From IMG/VR virus record IMGVR_UViG_3300044632_001218: a stretch of 64,000 nt of DNA; one strand, 5' to 3'. The notes below the pieces were generated by a model that did not search any database, had not been told where the DNA came from, and worked only from the letters and a program-made list of their open reading frames with translations. The stretch is from a virus. Within the stretch, counting starts at the first letter, position 1, and the number at the start of each line of letters is the position of its first letter. Below are positions 26,250-36,362 of the stretch, one piece after another. The translations under genes and the position numbers were made by a program.

Positions 26250-26912
26250 TTATCTTGGGGAGAGGACTCTTAAGTTCTCTCCCTTTTTAGTGTTGTCATT
26301 AATATATTGAGAAGAGAATCCATAAGACATAATAGTTCTTAAATCATCAAGAGCAGCTTGTAAGAATCTTGGTCTTAAAAGATAAATGTTTCTCTTCTTA
26401 TCATTCTGTGCAATCTCATACTCATAGATACTGACAAGTTTAACTGGAGTTTCTGTAATGGTTAAGTTTGTTCTTTCATCATAGTAAGTTACAGAAAAAT
26501 TAGAATCCACAATTTTGCCTGCAGGAACAATCAGTCTTCCTCTTGAATCAGACAAAGGAGTTGTTTCATAATGATGTGGTGATGCTAACTCTGCTTCTGT
26601 ATATTTTCTTTCTAAGTAATCAGTAAACTCTGAATCAGACAGTGGCCATTCAGTTCTTACATTTAGGATATTGTTGGAGATTAAAACTAACCAATCATAG
26701 GTAGGACTTCCATAAGTTTTTTCTGCTACTTGTTCTGGTCGCTCTTCACCAATAATTTTATACTTGGTGAACACAGTTGCAGACTGGAAAAAGTCATCAC
26801 GAATCTTTGCTCTACGAAAAAGATTTTTGACTCTTGCATAATCATATGAAGAGTTTCTGTTTGGATTTTGTGACTGATAAAGTAAGTCTGATACTTCTCT
26901 GAAATACGTCAT
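26250..26912 (-). CDS. g53: Baseplate wedge subunit gp53
   Basis: YFR..., KNLFRR.KIR, GERP-like RPEQVA...YG....WLVL..N, HHYET. Confidence 0.88.
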   Translation of the reverse strand: MTYFREVSDLLYQSQNPNRNSSYDYARVKNLFRRAKIRDDFFQSATVFTKYKIIGEERPEQVAEKTYGSPTYDWLVLISNNILNVRTEWPLSDSEFTDYLERKYTEAELASPHHYETTPLSDSRGRLIVPAGKIVDSNFSVTYYDERTNLTITETPVKLVSIYEYEIAQNDKKRNIYLLRPRFLQAALDDLRTIMSYGFSSQYINDNTKKGENLRVLSPR

Positions 26913-28570
26913 TATCTTCCTCCTGGATTTATTCCTGGTAGACCTATTCCTGGTAAACCGTTTGCTAGATCATTTGGCAGTCCTATTCCAGAAGAAGGTG
27001 TTGGGGATTCTGAAGACCCAGTAATTTTATATTCAGACCCTTCAGGACCTATGCTGTTTTCTGCTCCATCACCTTCTGCATCATATTCATCATTATAAAC
27101 TGGAGTAAGTTCTGTAAATGCAAGTTGCATTACTGTTGCTATTGGTTGAGATCCATTTGGTCCATCATAGGCAGCATAAAATCCATCAGGAGTATAGTTG
27201 ACTGTACAAGATACTAATGCACAAGTTTTTATTCTTCCAATACCCTCAATATCTTTATCTGCTCCAGTTACAAATTTTAATTTAAAAACATTTGGAGTTC
27301 CAAGATATATTGATTTTTCTGCTACTGTGCTTCTTCTTGGAGCCATTCCTTTTTTGAAGAATTTTACAATACTTCTAATATTTCTTGCTTCATCTGCACT
27401 TCTTGGCGTCATTTTAAAACTAAATCCAAACTGTCTTAGTTTTGGACCATTAAATAAAAGTTCTAAGTTTGGATTAATAGCAACTCCAGTAACTCTGTTT
27501 AAATATGCTTCTGGGTCTACGTTTATTCCTCCAAGTTTTATTAAAGATGCTGCAGCATTTGTAGTTAAAAATTGATTCAACCTGTTTTTAGTTTGACCAC
27601 TAAATAAAGTTTCTCCAAGTCCTCTAACTGCATCTATTGATTCTCCAGGATTAGCAGTGGCAAGTCCTTGAGCAGCACGAGCAGCAGGATTCATTAAAGC
27701 TGCAGCAATAGTTGATAGGGAACTTTCTCCCCATGCAGTTTGGTTTGTTTCTGAAATATCATTAGGCATAGGTAATACAACCATACCTAAAGATTTTGTT
27801 AATTGAGAATCTCTATTTCCCAATAATTCAGATATTTGATTTATATTTGTATTGGCAGCAGTGATACCAGAAGGGACATATTCAATTTGAGTTATCATAA
27901 TTCTATCTTGTCCATTATCAATAGATGTGGGATATTTTAAAAATGATTCTTTTAAAGCTCCAAATGTATTTGTTGTATCAAAGTTTTCTAATTGACTTCC
28001 TAATCCAGTAAGTGCTTGTGGATCTATGTTTGCATTTGGATTTTCTGAATTTGGTCCAGTAGCAATTGGATTTTGATCTAAATTGGGGTCAGTTGGTGTT
28101 GATGTTTGTAATGATGATGCAAGTTGAGGTGCTAGTCCAGATCTAGTATTAACTGCAGCATTAATAACTTGGTTTTGAACTGCTTCATAGTAAGGACTTC
28201 CAGGAGTGTTTAATGATGCTATAGCAGCAGCACCTAAAATAGGATCTCCAACTTTTGCGCCAGGAGGAAGGGAATTTTCTGATCTATAATTAAGTGTTCT
28301 AAATGTTTTCCCACCATCATTACTATAAGCTGCTATAGAATATCCTCCAGGGTCAAAATTGGATGTACTTGTAGGAGTTCCTCCACCAAAAGTATTTCCA
28401 GCACTATCTCTTCCTCCTGGAATTGCAGAATAATATACATAAATTTCGCTTGAAGTCACAGTTCCTGAAGAATCTTCTTCGTATTTTACAATTGTTCTAG
28501 TTGGCAAATTAACTCCATTTACAGTTGGAGTTGTTTGTTCTCCATATAAAAATTTTACTGTATCAGCCAT
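26912..28570 (-). CDS. g48: Baseplate tail-tube cap gp48
   Basis: LPMPNDI, NPNLELLFNGP.LRQF.FSFKM.PRS..EA..I..I..FFK..M.P. Confidence 0.88.
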   Translation of the reverse strand: MADTVKFLYGEQTTPTVNGVNLPTRTIVKYEEDSSGTVTSSEIYVYYSAIPGGRDSAGNTFGGGTPTSTSNFDPGGYSIAAYSNDGGKTFRTLNYRSENSLPPGAKVGDPILGAAAIASLNTPGSPYYEAVQNQVINAAVNTRSGLAPQLASSLQTSTPTDPNLDQNPIATGPNSENPNANIDPQALTGLGSQLENFDTTNTFGALKESFLKYPTSIDNGQDRIMITQIEYVPSGITAANTNINQISELLGNRDSQLTKSLGMVVLPMPNDISETNQTAWGESSLSTIAAALMNPAARAAQGLATANPGESIDAVRGLGETLFSGQTKNRLNQFLTTNAAASLIKLGGINVDPEAYLNRVTGVAINPNLELLFNGPKLRQFGFSFKMTPRSADEARNIRSIVKFFKKGMAPRRSTVAEKSIYLGTPNVFKLKFVTGADKDIEGIGRIKTCALVSCTVNYTPDGFYAAYDGPNGSQPIATVMQLAFTELTPVYNDEYDAEGDGAENSIGPEGSEYKITGSSESPTPSSGIGLPNDLANGLPGIGLPGINPGGR

Positions 28571-28572
28571 TC

Positions 28573-29112
28573 TTATCTACCCCACACCTTGTCTGAACGG
28601 ATTGGTATCTCTACCCCACCCAAGTCCCTTACAAATTCTTCTACTGGTAATAGACACATAGTTTGCCATTCTTGTTGTGCTAATATCAAGTAAGGGCTTC
28701 TTACCTCTGATAATAAGTATTTATGTGCTCCTTTACGAAACTTTGGGATTCTATCTTCCATTAAACTCATCACAAGACCCATTCTTTGTTCAGGAGAATA
28801 GTAATGTAAGTTCACTGCAAAGAATGACCTTGCATCCATTTCTAAAACAAATGCTAAAGGATACTTATCATAAAAGGGAAGGTCTCTTCTTGTCTTTGCT
28901 TTATACTTATAAAGCATTAAGTTGAATAGCAAAGGAAATGATGTGCTTCTATTTTGGTCTCGCTCCAAAACATCTCCAACTTCATCTGCCCTTTCTTCTG
29001 TTATAATATTTTCAGGACTTTTATCAAATACTTTTTCTCTATACCATTCTCTTGGTTGACTTCTTCCTCCAGTCTCTTCTTGGATTTCTTCGAAGATAGT
29101 TTTATAAGCCAT
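28573..29112 (-). CDS. g2: DNA end protector gp2-like protein
   Basis: Y.YKAKT...LPFYD.YPL, NLHY, KYL.S.V; position between g48 and g4. Confidence 0.75.
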   Translation of the reverse strand: MAYKTIFEEIQEETGGRSQPREWYREKVFDKSPENIITEERADEVGDVLERDQNRSTSFPLLFNLMLYKYKAKTRRDLPFYDKYPLAFVLEMDARSFFAVNLHYYSPEQRMGLVMSLMEDRIPKFRKGAHKYLLSEVRSPYLILAQQEWQTMCLLPVEEFVRDLGGVEIPIRSDKVWGR

Positions 29113-29546
29113 TATACCCCCAAGTGGTCTTCAGTCAATATTTGAAACTCCCATCTTCTATCCTCACAAAATTCTTTTGCTGCTTTCCATTTTGCTTGGT
29201 TCTTAGCAAACTCTTTTATTTCATACATTTGCTTTTGTGACACACGCTTTTGTGCTTTAGGTCCTTCAACTTGTCTTTTTGGTTTTATTTCAATCAAACT
29301 TTCTTTGATATTACCTTTACTATCTTTGTATTTTATAAAAAAGTCAGGAAAATATCTATGTACTCTTCTATCTATTGGTGACAAATAAGGAATCCAAATT
29401 TCTTCTGATGCCCACTTCATTATATTTTCATTCAAATCACAGTAGGTCATAAACTTTCTTTCCCACAATGACCTGTAGACAATATTGTTTGGGTCTCCTA
29501 TGTATTTTTGTGGATAAGAAGGTTTGTATATTCCTTTATAACTCAT
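29112..29546 (-). CDS. g4: Head completion nuclease gp4
   Basis: YKG.YKP..PQKY.GDP.NIVYRSLWERKFM.YCD, HRYFPDF, IEIKP. Confidence 0.92.
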   Translation of the reverse strand: MSYKGIYKPSYPQKYIGDPNNIVYRSLWERKFMTYCDLNENIMKWASEEIWIPYLSPIDRRVHRYFPDFFIKYKDSKGNIKESLIEIKPKRQVEGPKAQKRVSQKQMYEIKEFAKNQAKWKAAKEFCEDRRWEFQILTEDHLGV

Positions 29547-29577
29547 ACATATAATATAGGCACTTCAAAGTATTTAG

Positions 29578-30354
29578 ATGGCAGTAGATTACACTAAGTT
29601 GTATTATAAAACTGATGATATATTAAAGAAATTTAAACCTTCTTTATCTAATTATTTTAATGTGCATGTAAGTGCTGACTATGATGGTATCAACCAATCT
29701 TTTGAAAAGGATATAGATTTTTTGGCATATGAGGCAGTTCTTCCAGGAACTTCATATGAAACCACGCAAGTATTTGGAGACAGACAAGGAATCACAGAAA
29801 CATTTGCAAATAAAAGAGTTTATCCTCCTGTAGATATAAGTTTTTATATTGATAATAACTATAATATTTTAAGATTTTTTGAAAGTTGGATGGGATATAT
29901 TAGTCCAAATTCAGGGGTTCCTTATGAGTCATATCAAAAGTTTAATTATCCTCAAAATAATGGATTAAGTGGATATAAAAAAGAAGTTATTATAACTAAA
30001 TTTGAAAGAAATTTTAGAACCCCTGACCAAAGATTAGTTGAGAATGGAGTATATGATGTTCCTGATAGTAACTGCACTTATATTTTAAGAAATGCTTATC
30101 CAACTAATGTAATTGCAGTTCCAGTTTCATATGAAGGCGCAAATATATTAAGAACAACAGTAACATTTAATTATGATATTTACAGATTTGAAAAGTCTGA
30201 TGGAAAACCAATAAATGGTGATGGTGGAAATTCAAGTGCTCAACCTGGAGGAGATTCTGGAGCAACATTGGGGGAATTAAATAGACAAGTTAGATTGATT
30301 AATGAAAATATTCCTATCACTGGATTAAATCCTAACCCAAGAGATGTGGGATAA
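29578..30354 (+). CDS. Tail tube-like protein (gp19/gp54 family)
   Basis: A.LPG.S, R.YPPV..SFY.D..Y..L.FFESW..YI, LRNAYP; divergent from g4. Confidence 0.7.
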   Translation: MAVDYTKLYYKTDDILKKFKPSLSNYFNVHVSADYDGINQSFEKDIDFLAYEAVLPGTSYETTQVFGDRQGITETFANKRVYPPVDISFYIDNNYNILRFFESWMGYISPNSGVPYESYQKFNYPQNNGLSGYKKEVIITKFERNFRTPDQRLVENGVYDVPDSNCTYILRNAYPTNVIAVPVSYEGANILRTTVTFNYDIYRFEKSDGKPINGDGGNSSAQPGGDSGATLGELNRQVRLINENIPITGLNPNPRDVG

Positions 30355-30383
30355 ATAACTAAACCTGAATTTTATATTTTAAT

Positions 30384-31115
30384 ATGCCTTTACCTACAGT
30401 TGCAACTCCAACCTATGAGTTGACATTACCATCAAACAAAAAGACTATTAAGTACAGACCTTTCTTAGTCAAGGAAGAAAAGATTCTTATCTTGGCTATG
30501 GAAAGTGGTAATTCAAAAGATATTACTAATGCAGTTAAGAATACATTGAAAGATTGTATTTTAACCAGAGGCATTAAGATTGATTCTCTTCCAAGTTTTG
30601 ATATTGAGTATCTGTTTTTAAATATTAGAGCAAAGTCAGTTGGAGAATCAGTAGAATTAATCATCACCTGTCCAGATGATAATGAAACACGTGTAGATGT
30701 TACTGTTAATATTGATGAGATTGAAGTTGTAATTCCAGAAAATCATACATCTGAAATTAAAGTTGATGATAGTATTACAGTTAAGATGAAGTATCCATCA
30801 CTTCAAGAGTTTATTGATAATAATTTTGATTTCTCTGGACAAACTGGAAGTAAAGAAACTATTGACAAATCATTTGATATTGTTGCATCTTGTGTGGATA
30901 TGGTTTATACCAAAGATGAATCTTGGTCTGCTGCTGATGTTACTAAGAAAGAATTGATTGAATGGTTACAGACATTTGATTCAAATCAATTCAAAGGTAT
31001 TGAAGAGTTCTTTGATACTATGCCTAAACTTTCTCACACATTAACAGTTAAGAATCCAAACACTGGCGTTGAGAATGAAATTGTATTGGAGGGACTCTCA
31101 AGTTTTTTCGGATAG
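30384..31115 (+). CDS. g26: Baseplate hub assembly protein gp26
   Basis: MPLP....PTYEL.LPS..K..KYRPFLVKEEKILILA, FD.EYLFL.IR.KSVGE, LEGLSSFF. Confidence 0.92.
   Translation: MPLPTVATPTYELTLPSNKKTIKYRPFLVKEEKILILAMESGNSKDITNAVKNTLKDCILTRGIKIDSLPSFDIEYLFLNIRAKSVGESVELIITCPDDNETRVDVTVNIDEIEVVIPENHTSEIKVDDSITVKMKYPSLQEFIDNNFDFSGQTGSKETIDKSFDIVASCVDMVYTKDESWSAADVTKKELIEWLQTFDSNQFKGIEEFFDTMPKLSHTLTVKNPNTGVENEIVLEGLSSFFG
31088..31109 (+). promoter_or_regulatory. Putative -1 programmed frameshift signal
   Basis: GGAGGG (31088-31093), then in-frame X_XXY_YYZ heptamer T_TTT_TTC (31103-31109). Confidence 0.65.
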
Positions 31116-31291
31116 TCCTTAGTCATGAAGATTTGGAGTCTTATTATAGAGTTAATTTTGCCTTGATGCAGTATCATAAATACTCTTTGACTGAGATTGA
31201 AAATATGATGCCGTGGGAACGTGAAATCTACTTAACTCTTTTAGAAAATCATATCAAAGAAGAAGAAGAAAAAGCATCAAGAGTAAAATAA
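31103..31291 (+). CDS. g51: Baseplate hub assembly catalyst gp51 (probably made as a gp26-gp51 frameshift fusion; first ATG 31166)
   Basis: -1 frame reads FFRIVLSHEDLESYYRVNFALMQYHKYSLTEIENMMPWEREIY... Confidence 0.85.
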   Translation, partial: FFRIVLSHEDLESYYRVNFALMQYHKYSLTEIENMMPWEREIYLTLLENHIKEEEEKASRVK

Positions 31292-33010
31292 ATGACTCCA
31301 GGAGATTTTGGATTTAAAGATAGAGTATCTAGATTTATTTCAGGAGCAAGTTCCAGAAGTAAATTTGGATTCTCTGCTACGCCAAAACTCACAAGAATTG
31401 CTGGGATGTTTCCAAAAAGACAAGTCCCTCAACAAATTGTATCTGGGTCTTCTGAACAAACAGATCCAGAAATTGGAGCGCCAAAAAGAGTTATTTCTTC
31501 TTTAGGAAGATTGACTTTAGACCTTGAGATTGTCAACAATAATCTTGATAGAATTGCATCAATTATTCTTCAAGATTATAAAGAAACTCAAGATACAAAT
31601 AAAAAAGAAATAGAAGATTTTAGAAAAAGAGTTGCAAATAGAGGTAGATTATTTGGTAAGAAAGAGTTAGGAGATAAGAAATCTGATGTTCTTGGTGCAG
31701 TTAAAAAATATGTAGGGTCATTCTTTAGTGGTGCTGGAGGTGCTATCAGAGCACTCTCTATGTTTAATTTGATGCAGGGGATTTTATCTGGAGACCCATC
31801 TAAAATTATTGGACCACTTCTTGGAATAGGATTAACATATCTTCCTGCTATTGGTGCTGGAATTGCTGGTGCAGTAGCAACATCTTTGGTTGGGAAGTTA
31901 TTTGGAGGTGGGGCAGCAACAAGAGCAGCAGCATCAGCAGCTCCTGCAGCAGCTGGAGCAGGGGGAGCACTTGGAAGATTGGGTAAATTTGGTGGAAGAG
32001 CTGCACTTGTTGGTGGAGGAATTGCATTAGCAAGTAGTATCTTCAATAGACCACAAGAAGATCAATCACAACAAAGATTAGAAGAACTTACACAACAACA
32101 AAAAGCATCAGTAGAACCTGGAAATTTAGTTCCAATTCCACAAGATGATTTGAGGAGATTCGAAAAATTAAACAAAAAATTTGAAGCAGCACTTGACTTT
32201 TTATTAGGCAAACAAAAAGAACAAGACAGGCAACCTCAAAAAACAGGTGGGAGAGGAGGTGGAGGAGGTGGGGGTGCTCCTCCCCCTCCTGGTCAAATTA
32301 TGTCAGGACCTGCCCCTGGAGAAATTAATGCTTTGATGTCAGCAATTTCTGGAGCAGAAGGTGGATTAGAATCAGTTAATAAAATAGGTCCTATGCCTGG
32401 TTTGTCTCAAATGACTATTGATGAAGCCATATCAAAAGTTGAATCATTCAGAGCACAAGGTAAAACCTCAGGGGCTATGGGCAACATGCAGCAAATGTCT
32501 TATTACTTGAGAGAAAGAGCTATAGCAGCAGGGTTAGATCCATCAACAGCATTGTATAATCAAGAAAATCAATACAAAATTAATAGAGCATATCTTGCCG
32601 GTCTTTTTTCTGGAGGAGAACAGGAAATAGTTAATTTAATTAGGTCAGGTAAAATCAATGAAGTAGTGAATAAATTAAAAGGAGTTTGGCCATCTCTTCC
32701 TGGAGGATCTCAAGAAAATGTTCATACATCAGATTTTTATAGAAGATTTCAAACTTTCTTAGGGCAAATATCATCTCCTGGAACTGTAACACCACCAATA
32801 AGTCCTGTTGCACCAGCACCAAGATCTGCAGCAACTGCTGCTCCAAGAGCACCACAAACACAAGTTACAGTTCTTCCTTTACCAACTCAACAACAATCTT
32901 CCCAAGCATCTGCAGTTTCTGGAGGAAATGATACTGTTCCATCAATAGATACTACTTATCCTGAAAACTTCTTGGCTTTGTATTCTAAACTAATCTATCA
33001 GATTGTTTGA
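31292..33010 (+). CDS. Tape-measure-like tail protein with C-terminal muramidase-like domain
   Basis: Coiled-coil plus Gly/Ala hydrophobic segments; AISGAEGG...AMGNMQQM...ENQ...WPSLP resembles a lambda-type lysozyme fold. Confidence 0.55.
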   Translation: MTPGDFGFKDRVSRFISGASSRSKFGFSATPKLTRIAGMFPKRQVPQQIVSGSSEQTDPEIGAPKRVISSLGRLTLDLEIVNNNLDRIASIILQDYKETQDTNKKEIEDFRKRVANRGRLFGKKELGDKKSDVLGAVKKYVGSFFSGAGGAIRALSMFNLMQGILSGDPSKIIGPLLGIGLTYLPAIGAGIAGAVATSLVGKLFGGGAATRAAASAAPAAAGAGGALGRLGKFGGRAALVGGGIALASSIFNRPQEDQSQQRLEELTQQQKASVEPGNLVPIPQDDLRRFEKLNKKFEAALDFLLGKQKEQDRQPQKTGGRGGGGGGGAPPPPGQIMSGPAPGEINALMSAISGAEGGLESVNKIGPMPGLSQMTIDEAISKVESFRAQGKTSGAMGNMQQMSYYLRERAIAAGLDPSTALYNQENQYKINRAYLAGLFSGGEQEIVNLIRSGKINEVVNKLKGVWPSLPGGSQENVHTSDFYRRFQTFLGQISSPGTVTPPISPVAPAPRSAATAAPRAPQTQVTVLPLPTQQQSSQASAVSGGNDTVPSIDTTYPENFLALYSKLIYQIV

Positions 33011-33013
33011 TAA

Positions 33014-34999
33014 ATGGACCCAACATTACTTCTTAACAGACCAGTTGTAAAACCAAGAATAGTAGCAAAGATTACGAAGTTTAATAATCTTGTTGAGGTT
33101 TCTACTGAAGCTAGAAAGTCTTCTACTAAACTTAGAAAGGTTTTTGAAAAGGGAAGTTACCAAAAGAAAACCCAACTTTCAGTATTAAACAGATATAAAA
33201 AACGATTAGAAACTATTCAGAAACAAAATGATAGATCATTTCGTAAAAAACAAAGAGTAAAAGTTAAGTTACCAGACATTAAAAAGTATGTTGGAAACTT
33301 TTTTACGCCAGGATCTGCTGATGATCCTCTCAAAGCAATAGGAGCACTTGCAGCATTTAAAGCAGTTCAAAAAGGTTCTAAAGGTGATTGGGGTGGGGCA
33401 TTAGCTTCTGGTTTAGTTGCAGCAGGATTAACTCTTGGACCTTCACTGTTGGGATTTGGTGCTGGTGCTTTGATGGGTAGAGGGGGAAGAGGAGGAGGTG
33501 TTGGTCCTGAAGTAGGAGTTACTCCTCCCAAACCATTAAAACCAGGGTCTATAAGTAGATTAAATGCATCACAAGCAAGATTCATTCAAGGTAGTGCAAA
33601 TATTGGTGATAGGGCAAGATTAATTCGTAGAGGAACTATTTCTCCTACAGGGGCATTTTCTCGTGGTGGTCCAGAGCAAATGGCAAAGTATGGGGCAGAC
33701 ACCTCAAAAGTTGGAAAAGCATTTGGTAGATTTGGTAAAGCAATTATTCCAGGCGTTGGTGCTGCAGTTGGGGCTATTGATGCAGGATTGAGAACAAGTG
33801 AAGGTGATTACACAGGAGCTAAAATAGCAGGAACATCAGCAACTTTAGATGCACTTGCTGCTGCATCTGCTGCTACTGGAATTGGATTGCCAGTTGCTGG
33901 ATTACTTTCTATTGCATCATTTGCATTAGATGTAACTAATCTTGTTCGTGATTTAAGTGGCTCAAGTGAAAAAGAAGCACTGGCAAATAAATCTCAGCAA
34001 AATAGGTTAAAACAACAAACAGAAAAACAAAAACAAGCAGTTGAGGGTAAGAAGGAAGAAGGTGGAGCACTTACCTTTAGAAAAACTTTGAATGGTTATG
34101 AAAAGGCAGTTAATAAATTTGAAGAATTTGTTAAAGGATTTAAAGGTGGTATGGGAATGGGTGGGGAACAGTCTGGAGTTATTGAAACTGGAAATAGAGG
34201 ATTAACTACTGGTGAATCCCTTCAAGATTTAGAAGCAACTGGAGGAGAAGTTCCAGGAAGACCAGATTCTGCTTATGGCCCAAGAGGAGGAAGACTACAC
34301 AAGGGGAACGATTATAATAGATCAGTTGGCACTCCAATCAGTATCATACAACCAGGAACTGTAACTGTTGCAGATATGAATTATGACCCCAGTGGATGGG
34401 GAGCAGTAGTTGAGATTAGACATCAAGATGGGTCTATAAGTAGGTATGCACACCTAAGTCAAATAAATGTTGCAGCAGGAACTCAAGTTTCTCCTGGACA
34501 AGTAATAGGAAAAGTTGGTGGTGCTCCTGGTGCTCCAGGATCTGGAAACTCTACAGGAGCGCATTTGCATTTTGAATATGAAAATGGTTCAGGAAGAATT
34601 GATCCAACTGCAATAGCACCAAGAATTTTTAGATTTGGTGGCGATGTAAGAGTTAAGCAACAATCAACACAACCACAACCTCCTGGTTCCAGACCAAGCA
34701 CTGCAGCACAATTGAGAGCAATTGGACAATCTGATGCTGCTTCACTATTAGAAAGACAACAACCTCCTGCTCCACGTAGACCTCCTTCAATTACACCTCC
34801 ACCACGAACACCAAGACCTGTTGGAAGTTTTCTTCCATATCAACAAGGAAGTCAACAACAAGTCACGGCATTTTATCCTGTGTCACAACCACAACAACAA
34901 CCTATGCCATCTGAAGATGTTCCTATGATGATGACAGGTCCATCAGAGCAACAGTTGTTAAATAGTTTCTATAAGAGAGTCCTTCTTAATACTGTATAG
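33014..34999 (+). CDS. Tape-measure-like tail protein with M23 peptidase domain
   Basis: HKGND, YAHL, STGAHLHFE (HxxxD/HxH zinc ligands). Confidence 0.75.
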   Translation: MDPTLLLNRPVVKPRIVAKITKFNNLVEVSTEARKSSTKLRKVFEKGSYQKKTQLSVLNRYKKRLETIQKQNDRSFRKKQRVKVKLPDIKKYVGNFFTPGSADDPLKAIGALAAFKAVQKGSKGDWGGALASGLVAAGLTLGPSLLGFGAGALMGRGGRGGGVGPEVGVTPPKPLKPGSISRLNASQARFIQGSANIGDRARLIRRGTISPTGAFSRGGPEQMAKYGADTSKVGKAFGRFGKAIIPGVGAAVGAIDAGLRTSEGDYTGAKIAGTSATLDALAAASAATGIGLPVAGLLSIASFALDVTNLVRDLSGSSEKEALANKSQQNRLKQQTEKQKQAVEGKKEEGGALTFRKTLNGYEKAVNKFEEFVKGFKGGMGMGGEQSGVIETGNRGLTTGESLQDLEATGGEVPGRPDSAYGPRGGRLHKGNDYNRSVGTPISIIQPGTVTVADMNYDPSGWGAVVEIRHQDGSISRYAHLSQINVAAGTQVSPGQVIGKVGGAPGAPGSGNSTGAHLHFEYENGSGRIDPTAIAPRIFRFGGDVRVKQQSTQPQPPGSRPSTAAQLRAIGQSDAASLLERQQPPAPRRPPSITPPPRTPRPVGSFLPYQQGSQQQVTAFYPVSQPQQQPMPSEDVPMMMTGPSEQQLLNSFYKRVLLNTV

Positions 35000-35000
35000 C

Positions 35001-36362
35001 ATGGAAGATACAAGTTCATATTTTAATTGGAAACTTAGAGAGTTTTTGATTGAGTCACAGGATGATACTAAGTTTTATAATATGACTCCTTATGTGAGTG
35101 CTGTTCAATATTATGAAGACTTGTTTTCGCCATCTATTTTTCTTACAGTATTACTTGTAGACACTGATGGTAAGTTATCTTCGTTGATTGATGGAAGAAC
35201 ATCAGGACAAAATGGACTTAAAGGTGGAGAGAGAGTTAGATTAATTATAGATCAAACTGCTACAGGGGAATCTATTTCTTTAAAGGAAGATAGTAATAAG
35301 ACTAACTATTACATTTACAAAATCTATGCTTCAACTACAGAGTATACAAGAGAAGCATTTATTGTAGAGTTATGTCCTGCTGAAGTTTTTCAGAATGAAA
35401 CTTCAAGAGTGGTTAGAAAGTATAAAGGTAATATTGGCAATAGTGTAAATCAAATTTTAAAAGATGTATTAAAAACTAATAATTATGATCAAAATAACAT
35501 AGAACAAACTCAAAATGATTATGTCTTTTATGGAAATACAAAAAGACCTTTTACTGTTGTAACTTGGTTGTGTCCTAAATCTATACCAGGAAAAAATAAG
35601 TCCAGTCCAACTGAAGGGACTGCAGGATTTCTTTTTTATCAAAATAAAAATGGATTTAATTTTAAAAGTTTAGATTCTTTAATCAGTGGATATGTGTTGG
35701 GGACAACAAATACAAAACCATATGTGACATACAGATACAATCCAGTTGGAAATCCTGCAAGTTATGATTCTAATTTTTTAATTCAGAACACTCCAACTTT
35801 TGAAAAGAACGTAAATATTATGGAAAACTTGAGGATAGGAATGTATGCAAGTAAAAGTTACTTCTTTGATATTAATTCAAGAAAATTTTATGAATATGAT
35901 TACTCTTTAAACAGTAGTTATGATTTGATGGAGCATACATCAGGGTCAAATAAAAAACCTCAAGTTCCTTTAGACCTCGATAAAAATCCATCAAGAGTTA
36001 TGGTAAGAACTTTAGATAATTTTAATGCAGACCCAGCAATACTTGAAGATTCTAATACTGCTGCAATAAATAATCCTAATGAAGATAAAACTACTTTATA
36101 TCAGGCAGCTTCATTGGCAAGATACAATCTTGCATTTTCTCAAAAGTTAAATATAACAATCCCCTTAAATTTAAAATTGACTGTTGGTGATTTAATTAAG
36201 TTAGAATTTCCAGAAATTAAAGTTGGAACTGATAAAGTTAGAGATGATAATAAATCTGGATTCTATTTGATTAAAGAATTATCCCATGTATTTTCGCAAA
36301 ATAAAGGATACACTGGACTTAAGTTAATTAGGGATTCTTATGGAGTCAAACAAAATGTCTAA
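35001..36362 (+). CDS. Baseplate hub protein (gp27-like)
   Basis: YYEDLFSPS, LKGGERV, NETSRV..KY, FLFYQ...GFNFKS.D.L, G.YLIKEL.H; synteny before g5. Confidence 0.65.
   Translation: MEDTSSYFNWKLREFLIESQDDTKFYNMTPYVSAVQYYEDLFSPSIFLTVLLVDTDGKLSSLIDGRTSGQNGLKGGERVRLIIDQTATGESISLKEDSNKTNYYIYKIYASTTEYTREAFIVELCPAEVFQNETSRVVRKYKGNIGNSVNQILKDVLKTNNYDQNNIEQTQNDYVFYGNTKRPFTVVTWLCPKSIPGKNKSSPTEGTAGFLFYQNKNGFNFKSLDSLISGYVLGTTNTKPYVTYRYNPVGNPASYDSNFLIQNTPTFEKNVNIMENLRIGMYASKSYFFDINSRKFYEYDYSLNSSYDLMEHTSGSNKKPQVPLDLDKNPSRVMVRTLDNFNADPAILEDSNTAAINNPNEDKTTLYQAASLARYNLAFSQKLNITIPLNLKLTVGDLIKLEFPEIKVGTDKVRDDNKSGFYLIKELSHVFSQNKGYTGLKLIRDSYGVKQNV

Noticed and set aside
29112-29546. TnsA-like transposase / mobile element
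   Set aside because: T4 gp4 shares this nuclease fold; conserved g48-g2-g4 order and no terminal repeats
31125-31166. 13-codon micro-ORF (ATG AAG ATT TGG...) after the g26 stop as a reinitiation route to g51
   Set aside because: It is in frame 0, not the gp51 frame; reinitiation at 31166 would omit the gp51-like upstream residues. Cannot be fully excluded without data
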